A program made the translations under genes and the position numbers. 57,026 bases of DNA from a virus. Shown here piece by piece: positions 16,177-24,603 of the stretch (position 1 is the stretch's first letter; each line of letters opens with the position of its first letter). The notes under the pieces are model-generated. The model was given only the letters and a program-made list of their open reading frames with translations, had not been told where the DNA came from and made no database searches. The stretch is from the IMG/VR virus record IMGVR_UViG_3300006162_000001; one strand, given 5' to 3'.

Positions 16177-16557
16177 TTATGGCGTTGTGACTGATTTAGT
16201 TACAAACATTTTCCCGTAAATCGGCGTGATGATCGTTCCATTTGCATCCGTTTCCTGAAGTTCGTAGTAATAATTCCCCCCGGGAATGGTCAGTTCTTTG
16301 GAAACATTCACGACATTATGCCCGGTGCCGGTGACGGTGATGGATCCGTCCCCAGTCGAAGCTGTCCAGTCTGGGGATGTGGGTGGGGTAGTTTCAACAA
16401 GTGATTTTCGGACAGTAAGAAGGAAGGTGGAAGTGTTTTTCGCTATGGGGTTTCCAGTCCCATCTGTGAAGGTTAATTGAAGCGCAAAGGTATTATCACT
16501 GTAAGCCAAGATATCATAATTCGCACCGGCTATCGTGTTTAACTGGGGAACTGGCAT
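16177..16557 (-). CDS. Hypothetical protein (beta-sandwich-like)
   Basis: 126-aa ORF with ATG start, directly upstream of the giant repeat gene. Confidence 0.55.
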   Translation of the reverse strand: MPVPQLNTIAGANYDILAYSDNTFALQLTFTDGTGNPIAKNTSTFLLTVRKSLVETTPPTSPDWTASTGDGSITVTGTGHNVVNVSKELTIPGGNYYYELQETDANGTIITPIYGKMFVTKSVTTP

Positions 16558-16594
16558 AAAGGATGGAAATTCCTACGAAATTAGATCGCATAAA

Positions 16595-18118
16595 TCACAA
16601 AGTGACTTTCGGCAACCTACTAACCGTGGACAGCCCACCCGGGGCCAGGCGGTTGTGGCGGTTCACAAAAAGGGAATATTCATCCGGGAAAGCCTGGTAA
16701 ATGAAGTCTTTCAGCGTATCGGTTAAGTGACCGTTATGTTCATAAGACGGGCCGCCTTCATAATCCGCCTTACGGATCTTCAGGATCCCGCCATCTTTAT
16801 CGGTCTTCGCTTCCAGGTAGTCGTTAATCGACTGCTTACAGGACCGGCTGATATGGATCCTGGCGAAAGTCAATTCCTGGGTGAAGATGGCATTACAGAA
16901 TTCACCCATCGACCGGACTGGCGGGGCGTAGGGATGGATCCTGTCCACCGTCCTGAAGCCGGCCAGGATCAGCGTTTCATCGATGATCTGGAAAAAGCTT
17001 CTTTTCGCGTCATCGATATTGTTCCGGGACTTCGTGGACCGGTCGCCATACCAGAAGACGGTTCCGACATATCCGATCGACTTCAGCCAGTTGACGATCT
17101 TCCTTCCGGCCGCTGAAGCGGTATTTTCCGGATCCGAAGCGGGAAGTTCATGGATCTGGTTCACGTCCCAGATCGTCTGGTTATTTTCGAATTTCTTTTC
17201 CAGCTGCCAGCATGTTATGGCGATATGTGGATAAACATTCGAATCCATGGAAATATGGATCGTGGTGGCCGGATTATAGGGAAGGATCCGGGAAGCATGT
17301 GTCTTTTCATTGAAGCCGCGAAGGAATTCCCCGCCTGTCTTCCTTCGGGCCCACAGTCCCAGGCAATAAACCCGGTAAGAATATTCCGACACTTTGGCCA
17401 GTCCTTCGTAGTAGGCTTTCCGTTCCGGTGGACAGTATCGGTTATCGTAAAAAGTGCTGTGGGTGGCCCGGTATGTCAGTTCGGCGATCGTGCCATCGTT
17501 TAAGACTTCGGTGATCTTCCTGGTGAAATTTAGATCCTGGATGGGGTTTCCGTTTTCTTCACAGAAATAGCGCTTATAAAGCCAGAAGTCTTCGTAAGCC
17601 TGGCCGCCGGGGATATCAGGATTGAAGGAATAATCGATCTGGACTTTTTGCCGGTTAGACCGAAGGGATGTGGTGATGATCGTCCAGTCTTCTTCTTCAA
17701 TGTCGGATCCTTCTTCGATCCAGGCATCCGTGGGATCCGTCAGTGACTTGATCTTTTTGGGGTCATCCAGACCACGGCCCAGGAAGACGCCGCCAGATAT
17801 ACACCTTATTTCCAGGGGATGGGTGGTGAAGATGAAAAGCCCGGAAATCTTCCATTCTTCCACGATCGACCTAATAAGCGCCCACTGCGAATCTTTCACT
17901 GTATTCGCAACCTTCCTGATCAGGGCACATTTGAAGTGCCTGTTCGATAAACACTTCAGTATCTTCCGCTGTGCTATATCCCGGCTCTTTCCGCTGTCCC
18001 TGGACCCATAAAGAAATTCTATATCGTAAGTATGATCCAATAGGTGGCGGTAAACGGGAAGGGAAGCTTCCGGGTCGTAGTCCACCGATATTTTTTTCCG
18101 GTAAACCCTGGTTTCCAT
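16595..18118 (-). CDS. terL: Terminase large subunit
   Basis: 507 aa. Walker A FLYGSRDSGKSRD, C-terminal nuclease-like half, preceded by a small-terminase-like ORF. Confidence 0.9.
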   Translation of the reverse strand: METRVYRKKISVDYDPEASLPVYRHLLDHTYDIEFLYGSRDSGKSRDIAQRKILKCLSNRHFKCALIRKVANTVKDSQWALIRSIVEEWKISGLFIFTTHPLEIRCISGGVFLGRGLDDPKKIKSLTDPTDAWIEEGSDIEEEDWTIITTSLRSNRQKVQIDYSFNPDIPGGQAYEDFWLYKRYFCEENGNPIQDLNFTRKITEVLNDGTIAELTYRATHSTFYDNRYCPPERKAYYEGLAKVSEYSYRVYCLGLWARRKTGGEFLRGFNEKTHASRILPYNPATTIHISMDSNVYPHIAITCWQLEKKFENNQTIWDVNQIHELPASDPENTASAAGRKIVNWLKSIGYVGTVFWYGDRSTKSRNNIDDAKRSFFQIIDETLILAGFRTVDRIHPYAPPVRSMGEFCNAIFTQELTFARIHISRSCKQSINDYLEAKTDKDGGILKIRKADYEGGPSYEHNGHLTDTLKDFIYQAFPDEYSLFVNRHNRLAPGGLSTVSRLPKVTL

Positions 18119-18120
18119 AT

Positions 18121-18462
18121 TTATTCTGATTTTCCAATCCTTACGGTTATTTCAGCGGCCCCTTCTTCGAAGCCTATTTGTTGTGGCTGTACTGCTTTTC
18201 CTTCCCACCGGTCCAGGACGGCGTTGAACGCCTGGGTGGACCTTTCTTCGATGGCCAGATCGATCTGACCCTGGAACATCAGGGCCAGCTTTGGCATTCG
18301 CCAGACTTTGCCCCGTGGATCCGTGTATGTCCCCTTATTCTTCAAAAGCCTGGCCAGGATCGTCTTACTGTTCAATGTTCCCGGCGGTTTGCCTGTCTTA
18401 TTCCGTACTTCCCCTGGCTTCGCTGGGATCAGGTTCGCCATGGATCTTTCTTTCGGGGTCAT
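18121..18462 (-). CDS. Putative terminase small subunit / DNA-binding protein
   Basis: 113 aa, 2 nt upstream of terL. The N-terminal PGEVRNKTGKPPGTLNSKT resembles the NPxGRPKG motif of small terminases. Confidence 0.5.
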   Translation of the reverse strand: MTPKERSMANLIPAKPGEVRNKTGKPPGTLNSKTILARLLKNKGTYTDPRGKVWRMPKLALMFQGQIDLAIEERSTQAFNAVLDRWEGKAVQPQQIGFEEGAAEITVRIGKSE

Positions 18463-18511
18463 TTCACCTATATTTTTTCAATTCATTTTTTGCCCTAAAA
18501 CTCTAATAAAT

Positions 18512-18546
18512 GTACGTTTTATTCTAATAAACGTACCAAAATTAAG
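18512..18546. promoter_or_regulatory. Repeat cluster upstream of the terminase operon: TCTAATAAA x2 (21 bp apart) and the inverted repeat GTACGTTT / AAACGTAC
   Basis: TCTAATAAA at 18512-18520 and 18533-18541. Inverted repeat arms at 18522-18529 and 18539-18546. Confidence 0.4.
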
Positions 18547-18560
18547 CGATTTCGTACAAA

Positions 18561-18588
18561 AAAGCCATCCGGCAAAAGATGGCTTTTT
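18561..18588 (-). terminator. Intrinsic terminator (symmetric A/T flanks)
   Basis: GCCATC (18564-18569) / GATGGC (18578-18583), flanked by A-run and T-run. Confidence 0.6.
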
Positions 18589-18632
18589 ACTCTAACAGGT
18601 GACCGCGGGTTCCCTTCGCGGAATAAAGATAC

Positions 18633-18658
18633 AAAAGGCCCGGATAGAAATCCAGGCC
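18633..18658 (-). terminator. Intrinsic terminator after the 87-aa gene
   Basis: Minus strand GGCCTGGA-tttcta-TCCGGGCC (one mismatch) followed by TTTTGTATCTTTATT, about 33 nt after the stop at 18692. Confidence 0.6.
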
Positions 18659-18691
18659 GATAATTGATTAAATATTGACTACATGAAAGAC

Positions 18692-18955
18692 TTATGGCGT
18701 TCCTGGACGTGGAACTTTGGTGAACACCAGATAGTATTCTTCGCCGGGAACGAATTCCGTGAAGGCGGTCGTGGCTTCATCCACGGTAATTTCCAGTGTT
18801 CCAGCCGGGGTCAACTTTGCATAGTCGGCATTTTCACCGTCTTTTCCGTAAATGGCGGTGAAGTTGAACCTTTTGCTTTTCGACATTTGGCTGTGGGAAG
18901 CCGGGAATTCCATTACTGTCGCATAATTGCACTTGAATTTTGCACGTACTGACAT
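18692..18955 (-). CDS. Conserved-looking small hypothetical protein, its own transcription unit
   Basis: 87-aa ORF with ATG start, bracketed by hairpin terminators on both sides (19011-19033 upstream, 18633-18658 downstream). Confidence 0.65.
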   Translation of the reverse strand: MSVRAKFKCNYATVMEFPASHSQMSKSKRFNFTAIYGKDGENADYAKLTPAGTLEITVDEATTAFTEFVPGEEYYLVFTKVPRPGTP

Positions 18956-19010
18956 TTTAATGAATTGATCGGGTTAATTATTTAGCCACTTTTCTTTGTA
19001 AAGGTAAGAA

Positions 19011-19033
19011 AGCCGGGGAAATAGGCCCCGGCT
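19011..19033 (-). terminator. Intrinsic terminator after the peptidase gene
   Basis: AGCCGGGG / CCCCGGCT 8-bp stem with 7-nt loop. The minus strand is followed by TTTCTTACCTTT. Confidence 0.6.
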
Positions 19034-19072
19034 GGGTTCGTAAGTAAAAGGTCTGCCTGTTTTTTACTTCGT

Positions 19073-19852
19073 TTATAATAGGGCCAGATCAGCCTGAAGT
19101 TGCGCCATATCGAAGCCGCTGGGGGCCACGATCGGGTTTGTCTTGCGGTTGCCATTGGAAGCGAACCATTCCGGATCCAGGATCACGTAAGCTTCTTCCA
19201 CGTAGGCGTCCCAGAACCTGTTCGTCATCTTCATCTTTTCCCCCCAGGTGATGGCGAAGGTCACGTCCTGACCGTAAGCGGTAAGGATCACGCAATGGCC
19301 ACCCCAGGAAGCGGGTGTTGAATCCCCCGTCAGGGATGGATCCACCACGTCCCACATTTCGGTCTGGTTCTGGGCTGTCAGCGGCATGTTTATCCCCAGG
19401 TAAATGGATCCGAAAAGATAGATGGCGATCTTCATCTGGACCAGGTTCTTCACGTTCAGGGCCATAAAGGGGCCTATTTTTCGGCCGGCGATACCCACCT
19501 TCTGAAGATAGTTCAGCACATCCAGACAGGCGGCACCGTTATCGTTCGCCCCCGTGACGGGATCATATCCGGATACGGCACGATAAGCCACCAGGATATC
19601 AGCGTCAGAAGGGATGAACAGTTCCCCGTTCATATTGGTCCAGTTGACGATCTGGTGACCGGCGGCGGCACATGTACAGTCGCCGATCTTATCATTTAGC
19701 ATCATCCCCCAGTTTTTGAAAAACCAGGAATAAGAATGGTCTTTCGGGATGGGTGGCAATTCACCCGTTTTCAGGTACTTAGCGAACATCAGCGTTTTAT
19801 CGCTTACGATGGCTGGCTTACGGCCCAGCTTCACACTTTTGGGATCGAACAT
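19073..19852 (-). CDS. Putative papain-like cysteine peptidase
   Basis: Candidate catalytic Cys in NDKIGDCTCAAAGHQIV and His in SWGGHCVILTAY. Eye-level similarity only. Confidence 0.45.
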   Translation of the reverse strand: MFDPKSVKLGRKPAIVSDKTLMFAKYLKTGELPPIPKDHSYSWFFKNWGMMLNDKIGDCTCAAAGHQIVNWTNMNGELFIPSDADILVAYRAVSGYDPVTGANDNGAACLDVLNYLQKVGIAGRKIGPFMALNVKNLVQMKIAIYLFGSIYLGINMPLTAQNQTEMWDVVDPSLTGDSTPASWGGHCVILTAYGQDVTFAITWGEKMKMTNRFWDAYVEEAYVILDPEWFASNGNRKTNPIVAPSGFDMAQLQADLALL

Positions 19853-19885
19853 ATTAATAGTTTTTAGTTTGTGATATCAATTTAG

Positions 19886-20959
19886 TTACATGCTTAAATC
19901 GTCTTCGTTCCTGACGTGGAAATATTGGCGGCACTGGTCACGCAAAAGCCGCATTCTTTCCGATCCGTCATCGTGAAGGATGATGACCCCCTGGGTGGAA
20001 TATTTCACGTCCGTCAGGGGATTATACCAGTTATCCTTCAGGATCACTTCCCGCTTCCCGTACCGGCGGTCTTTGAAGCTTCCATGGAAATAATGGACGG
20101 CCGTCTGTTCCATGACGCCCATATTCTTCCGCCACGCCTTCAGGGCTATATCTTGCCAGTTAAGAAGCTGGCGGCGGAATTCAGCCCCGTATTCCGGCGG
20201 GATGGCCTGTTCCATGAATCCGATGATCCCGGCCGCCTGATACCAGTCAGCGCTTCCCAGGATACAGAAATCGATGTTCCCACCCACTTCTTCCAGTTCC
20301 TTACGCCGGTAAGCCCAGGCCCCGCCGGGTGGTCCCCAGTCATCGCTGGCTTTACCCCCTTCGTTCTGGTATTGCTGGTCACGGTAAGCCAGATCCACAG
20401 CTGGAAGGAAAGCCCGGGGCTTTTCAAATATTTTGTTGCTGATCTTTTTGCCATGGGAACTGAAATCCAGGCCGTGAAGCCACCGGGACGCGAAAGACAT
20501 TCTGGTGTTTATCACCTGGCCGTAGGGGCCCAGATAGGTCACCTGGTTAAACATTTGAATGACCGGATAGTGCTGAAGCTTATGAAGACAGTTATCCACC
20601 CAGTTCGGATCCAGGAAGTGGAAGTCAGCGTCAGAAAAACAAACATATTCCCAGTCTGGCGGAAGGTATTGCATCCCCAGGTTCATGGCGTTTTCCTTTG
20701 TCCAGATTTCTGAACTGGTCCGGCGCTGGACGATGATGTGATTTTCATTATAGGGTTCTTTGATCACGAATTCCCGTTCCCCGAAGGCGTATTCCACCGT
20801 CACCAGGACAGCCCCGGAATCGATCACATGCTTTTCGAAGGCGAAGTAAGTGTTCCACCTGGACAAAAAGCGGACCTGGTTTATGATGGCGGTGATGACG
20901 TAAAGCTTTTTGTTTATTTTGTCAGGCTTCTGAAAGGGAATCCGGGTCTGAATGGACAT
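19886..20959 (-). CDS. Putative glycosyltransferase (GT-A / GT2-like)
   Basis: 357 aa. N-terminal Rossmann-like YVITAIINQ..., DxD-like CFSDADFHF. Confidence 0.5.
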   Translation of the reverse strand: MSIQTRIPFQKPDKINKKLYVITAIINQVRFLSRWNTYFAFEKHVIDSGAVLVTVEYAFGEREFVIKEPYNENHIIVQRRTSSEIWTKENAMNLGMQYLPPDWEYVCFSDADFHFLDPNWVDNCLHKLQHYPVIQMFNQVTYLGPYGQVINTRMSFASRWLHGLDFSSHGKKISNKIFEKPRAFLPAVDLAYRDQQYQNEGGKASDDWGPPGGAWAYRRKELEEVGGNIDFCILGSADWYQAAGIIGFMEQAIPPEYGAEFRRQLLNWQDIALKAWRKNMGVMEQTAVHYFHGSFKDRRYGKREVILKDNWYNPLTDVKYSTQGVIILHDDGSERMRLLRDQCRQYFHVRNEDDLSM

Positions 20960-21028
20960 AAGAAATATTGAAAAATGGTGGGAATTAGGTTAAAATTAGA
21001 AGTTTTATTTGAACAGATTTCGAATTGA

Positions 21029-21439
21029 TTAGATTATTTTTTTGTGATGGCGTGGCTTTTTATGCTTTCCATCATCGAAAGTCGGATGGGCTTCGATATA
21101 GTCATTACATGGCGGACAGCACCCTTCCATCTTTTCCACGTCCAGGACCACATCCAGACCCCTTCCTTCCGTGTGATTGACGACCGTAGATATCCTGGTA
21201 CAGACCGGCGACTGGATCTTACAGAAGGGATCCCGCTTCAGGACAAAGGGATAACAGACTTTTTTCAGCTGTTTATTGATTTCCTTCCGCTTTTCGCCGC
21301 GAATATTGATCTTTTTCTTCTTTTTTGCCGCTTTTTTTGATTTTTTATCCTTTTCCCGCTTCAGGTCTTCCGGGGGCTTCCCGCCGATCGGTGCCAGACC
21401 TTTGATGGCCCGGATCCGGTTTACTGCATTAATGTCCAT
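21029..21439 (-). CDS. Basic protein with a C-terminal Cys-rich HNH/NinG-like zinc-finger region (tentative)
   Basis: KDKKSKKAAKKKKKINIRGEKRK..., then CKIQSPVC...VVNHTEGRG...GCCPPCNDYI. Confidence 0.35.
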   Translation of the reverse strand: MDINAVNRIRAIKGLAPIGGKPPEDLKREKDKKSKKAAKKKKKINIRGEKRKEINKQLKKVCYPFVLKRDPFCKIQSPVCTRISTVVNHTEGRGLDVVLDVEKMEGCCPPCNDYIEAHPTFDDGKHKKPRHHKKII

Positions 21440-21698
21440 TTTTAAGGATTTTGGTGATCGTTAGGGTGGAATCGCTGTCGTTATAAATAACCATGTATTC
21501 CGGATCCAGGGGCGTGAAGGTGATCGAATCGCCATGCTGGATAAGCTTCAGGACGATCCCTGGTGGCTTCCCGGTATCCAAAAAGTGCATATCACCAAAG
21601 TCACCGTATCCCCGGGCGGGTTTCTTTTTATATTGACAGTATAGATCGGTGGTTAATCCGATGGTCAGGATGATGAAAAAAAATAGCGCTAATCTCAT
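21429..21698 (-). CDS. Small secreted or membrane-anchored hypothetical protein
   Basis: N-terminal MRLALFFFIILTIGLTTDLYC is a hydrophobic signal-like segment. Confidence 0.5.
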   Translation of the reverse strand: MRLALFFFIILTIGLTTDLYCQYKKKPARGYGDFGDMHFLDTGKPPGIVLKLIQHGDSITFTPLDPEYMVIYNDSDSTLTITKILKNGH

Positions 21699-21789
21699 AA
21701 ATTTAAGTTTAAGGTTCTGGTGATTAAAATAGCTGTATTCCCCTGAATAAGAACGGCAATGATCATTTCTGTTGAACCGGTGGCGTTTA

Positions 21790-22257
21790 TCATCGTGGAA
21801 CTGATTTAGGTTTTAGCTTTATTCGCCAAAGGGCGACTATTTGATTATAATTTCTTTCCCTGAAAGTATCCGGGATATTATAAAAAAGCGGTGTCCCGTG
21901 AAGGTTAATCTGTAAGACTATCGGGAAACCATAATATCTTCCAGGTTCTATCCGCATGATCGCTTTTTTAAGTGCTTTATCCCAAGCATCTAAATCTCCC
22001 CAAGTTTCAAAATCGTTATTATCTTCTGCGGCAATTAGTTCCTCTAACGCTTTCCTCAATTCCCCTTCTCCTGTCTGGGGTTGTTGGCTTTGCCATTGGA
22101 TGCCATACTTTACGCCACCTACAAAATCATTTACAACAACGCGGGCTTTTCTGCCACGTTTCTTTTCTGATTCAGCATGTGCTTCAAGTGCATCATTGAT
22201 TTCGCTGATAGGAGGTAACGCTTCCCTTGCTTCCGGGGATGAATGTTTGTCTGTCAT
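21790..22257 (-). CDS. Hypothetical protein
   Basis: 155-aa ORF with ATG start, 3 nt after the GT2 gene stop. Confidence 0.6.
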   Translation of the reverse strand: MTDKHSSPEAREALPPISEINDALEAHAESEKKRGRKARVVVNDFVGGVKYGIQWQSQQPQTGEGELRKALEELIAAEDNNDFETWGDLDAWDKALKKAIMRIEPGRYYGFPIVLQINLHGTPLFYNIPDTFRERNYNQIVALWRIKLKPKSVPR

Positions 22258-22260
22258 GGG

Positions 22261-22857
22261 TTAATCGATATTTCCCGGATCGATCCGGCTTGTTGGTGAA
22301 GTCATGATATGATAAGTCGGGAAATTTTTGCTTTTTTTATATTTCGCCCCACATAACATCATGTTATGGATCAATTCGAAATCGTGGCCATATTCCGGAA
22401 GTCTTTCTGGCATCTGCTTTAAGAATTCCGTCCGGATGATCACGGCATTATCCCCGATATATCCCCACTTCAGCTTGTAATTCTTCCTTTCCCCCAGGAC
22501 AAAGGAATCGAAGTACACAAAGTCCAGATCCGTCCCTTCGATCGCTGACAGGTAGTTTTCGATGTGGTGTAGTTCGACCAGGTCATCATTAGCCAGGAAC
22601 ATGAAATAAGTGCCGGTGGCGGCCTGGATGGACAGGTTCGTGATCTGGTATCCCCAGAATCCGCCATTCTTCCGCTGGTTCCAGGCTAAGATCCGGGGAT
22701 CCTTCAGAAGTTCGGCATGGCGGTCGAAGTAGGGACAGTTATCCCCCACGATGAAAGCTTCCCAGTCCTTTTCCGTCTGGTTCAGAAGACAGCGGATCAT
22801 TCGCTGGGTCCGTTCCGGGCGAAGGTAAACAGGCATTGAAAGGGTGACTTTTGGCAT
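22261..22857 (-). CDS. Family 2 glycosyltransferase (short, soluble)
   Basis: VTLSMPVYLRPERTQRMIRCLLNQTEKDWEAFIVGDNCP and FMFLANDD are typical GT2 N-terminal and DxD motifs. Confidence 0.75.
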   Translation of the reverse strand: MPKVTLSMPVYLRPERTQRMIRCLLNQTEKDWEAFIVGDNCPYFDRHAELLKDPRILAWNQRKNGGFWGYQITNLSIQAATGTYFMFLANDDLVELHHIENYLSAIEGTDLDFVYFDSFVLGERKNYKLKWGYIGDNAVIIRTEFLKQMPERLPEYGHDFELIHNMMLCGAKYKKSKNFPTYHIMTSPTSRIDPGNID

Positions 22858-23106
22858 TTATTCGTCTTTGGTAAACTGAATGTAAGCGATGGAAATAAGT
22901 ACCAGGAACAGGCCGCCGATCATCAGCACATAAACCCACCAGGGATAAGCGACCGCGGCCCCGCCATCCGGATAGACTTCGAAGTCACCCACCCCCAGCG
23001 CCATGGCGATCTGGCCCGTGATGATCATCAGGACCCCGGCGATTCCAGCCCACTGGAACGCCTTAAAAACAATATACTTTTCGGCAAGGGATTCATCTAT
23101 TTTCAT
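22858..23106 (-). CDS. Small membrane protein (2 TM)
   Basis: Hydrophobic segments WAGIAGVLMIITGQIAMALGV and WWVYVLMIGGLFLVLISIAYI. Abuts the GT2 start. Confidence 0.6.
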   Translation of the reverse strand: MKIDESLAEKYIVFKAFQWAGIAGVLMIITGQIAMALGVGDFEVYPDGGAAVAYPWWVYVLMIGGLFLVLISIAYIQFTKDE

Positions 23107-23660
23107 AAGCTTTCCCGCATGTTTATGGTGTAAGTTTCGTAATTCGGGTGCTTCTTATTGGCACCCAGTTCCCTGGCCGGATTCCCCACGTAAACCTTAT
23201 AAGGTTCGGTGACCAGCTTTTTGGTGACGATGGCACCCATCCCGATCATGACGCCGGTGGCGACCCTTTGCTTTTGGTGGATGATGGCCCCCAGGCCGAT
23301 GTTCGCGTCACCTTCCACGACCGTGTGGCCGCCGATGATAGCATGACAGGAAAGGGTCACCAGGTCCCCGATCCGGGCATCATGGCCGATATGGACACCC
23401 TTCATGATATAGCATTCATTTTCGATCCAGGTCATCCCGTCAGCGCCGGAATCGATCGTGACGTGGCCGGTGATCACATTATTCCAGCCGATCTTTACAT
23501 TCCCGAACTGGCGATCCCTTCCACGCCATTCGGCCGGTGCCCCGATAATACAGAAGGGCCCGATCCGGTTGCCTTCGCCGATCACCACGCCTGGATAGAT
23601 CACGGCCGTTTCATGAATGTCGTTTCCCGGATACCGGTCATTATTGCTTAATGTCGTCAT
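23103..23660 (-). CDS. LpxA-like left-handed beta-helix (hexapeptide) acyltransferase lacking the LpxA C-terminal helical domain
   Basis: IHETAVIYPGVVIGEGNRIGPFCIIGAPAE and VHIGHDARIGDLVTLSCHAIIGGHTVVEGDANIGLGAIIHQ parallel E. coli LpxA [26 protein letters not shown] and AHIAHDCTVGN. 185 aa, compared with about 260 for LpxA. Confidence 0.7.
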   Translation of the reverse strand: MTTLSNNDRYPGNDIHETAVIYPGVVIGEGNRIGPFCIIGAPAEWRGRDRQFGNVKIGWNNVITGHVTIDSGADGMTWIENECYIMKGVHIGHDARIGDLVTLSCHAIIGGHTVVEGDANIGLGAIIHQKQRVATGVMIGMGAIVTKKLVTEPYKVYVGNPARELGANKKHPNYETYTINMRESL

Positions 23661-23835
23661 GTCTTTGGTATTTTAGTCGAATTAAAGTGTCCTGTCTGTC
23701 TTGTTTCTCATTTTCATCATCATTCACGAAATATCCGGCGATCACCACGGCGGACAGAATGATGGGGGATAGGGCGATCGCGATCATCCCCAGAAGGGTG
23801 TAAAAGATCCAGTATTTAACAGTCTTCTTTTTCAT
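23641..23835 (-). CDS. Small membrane protein (1-2 TM)
   Basis: YWIFYTLLGMIAIALSPIILSAVVIAGYF. Overlaps the acyltransferase start by 20 nt. Confidence 0.55.
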   Translation of the reverse strand: MKKKTVKYWIFYTLLGMIAIALSPIILSAVVIAGYFVNDDENEKQDRQDTLIRLKYQRHDDIKQ

Positions 23836-23959
23836 TGGGATGATCTTTTAAAAATTTCCTACATTTTTTTGCCGTGGCGTTGTCCCGGTGGAATTCTTTA
23901 ATCACAAAGCGGATACCCATCAGGATTAAAAAAGCCCATATCGTGATGGCGATTTCCAT
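23816..23959 (-). CDS. Small membrane protein (47 aa, below the ORF-track cutoff)
   Basis: MEIAITIWAFLILMGIRFVIKEFHRDNATAKKCRKFLKDHPNEKEDC*. The ATG overlaps the upstream stop (TGATG). Confidence 0.45.
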   Translation of the reverse strand: MEIAITIWAFLILMGIRFVIKEFHRDNATAKKCRKFLKDHPNEKEDC

Positions 23960-24381
23960 CAGTGGGTGGCCCAGATCAGATATCGGAAGGGCTTCTTTTT
24001 TTCATCCAGGATACACACATCCCCGATCATGTAAGATTTATATCCCTTCGGCCATGACCTGACCTGGTATCCATGGACCCAGTAAGCATGTTCGTCCCGG
24101 GCCCAGGAAAACTTATCGAAAGTCACCGATGTGGTATCGGAACAAAGGATCAGGATCGGGACGGTATCGAATTCGATCTGTTCCGTGGAAAGAAAGCCTA
24201 TCGTGTCCAGGGTGGCCACAGATCTACTGGTTTTTATATGCTTTTTCGGGTGCCAGTTAGGGCCGTTCCCATTGATCCCCGTCAGCTGGGCGTGGACCGT
24301 ATTGACGTAGATCAGGCATCCGGCGACCATGACCAGCCAAAGGAAGATCATCAGGAAAATGTGAGTTTTTGATATTTTCAT
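23959..24381 (-). CDS. N-terminally anchored hypothetical protein
   Basis: 140 aa. TM/signal segment THIFLMIFLWLVMVAGCLIYV. Confidence 0.6.
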   Translation of the reverse strand: MKISKTHIFLMIFLWLVMVAGCLIYVNTVHAQLTGINGNGPNWHPKKHIKTSRSVATLDTIGFLSTEQIEFDTVPILILCSDTTSVTFDKFSWARDEHAYWVHGYQVRSWPKGYKSYMIGDVCILDEKKKPFRYLIWATH

Positions 24382-24602
24382 TCTGTTTGTTTTTTACATA
24401 AGTTTTTCCAGTATTCTTCGGCCTGGTGTTCAGTACCAAAGCCATAAGTGGCACATCCTTCCTGAAAAGCGCCGATAATTTCAGGCTTCAATCCTTCCAT
24501 GATTTCACCGGCCATAATCAGGCCGCTTTCTGTATTGAACGCCCATTTGATGACGATCTTCTGGATCCATTCGGGAATTTCATCCCAGGCCGGTGTCTTC
24601 AT
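24378..24602 (-). CDS. Hypothetical protein
   Basis: 74-aa ORF with 4-nt overlap downstream. Confidence 0.55.
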   Translation of the reverse strand: MKTPAWDEIPEWIQKIVIKWAFNTESGLIMAGEIMEGLKPEIIGAFQEGCATYGFGTEHQAEEYWKNLCKKQTE

Positions 24603-24603
24603 G

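Noticed and set aside
12283-16190. Multiple plus-strand ORFs (for example 14161..14643 and 14842..15141) antisense to the giant repeat gene
   Set aside because: They are a by-product of stop-poor repetitive composition. Their translations are low-complexity (P/V/L/T/F-rich), fragmented and lie entirely inside a continuous 1395-codon minus-strand ORF.
18600-18625. A tRNA-like GGTTC sequence within the hairpin CCGCGGGTTCCCTTCGCGG
   Set aside because: The loop is 9 nt and not the T-loop consensus. There are no acceptor, D or anticodon arms in the flanks, and no other intergenic region is long enough to hold a tRNA.
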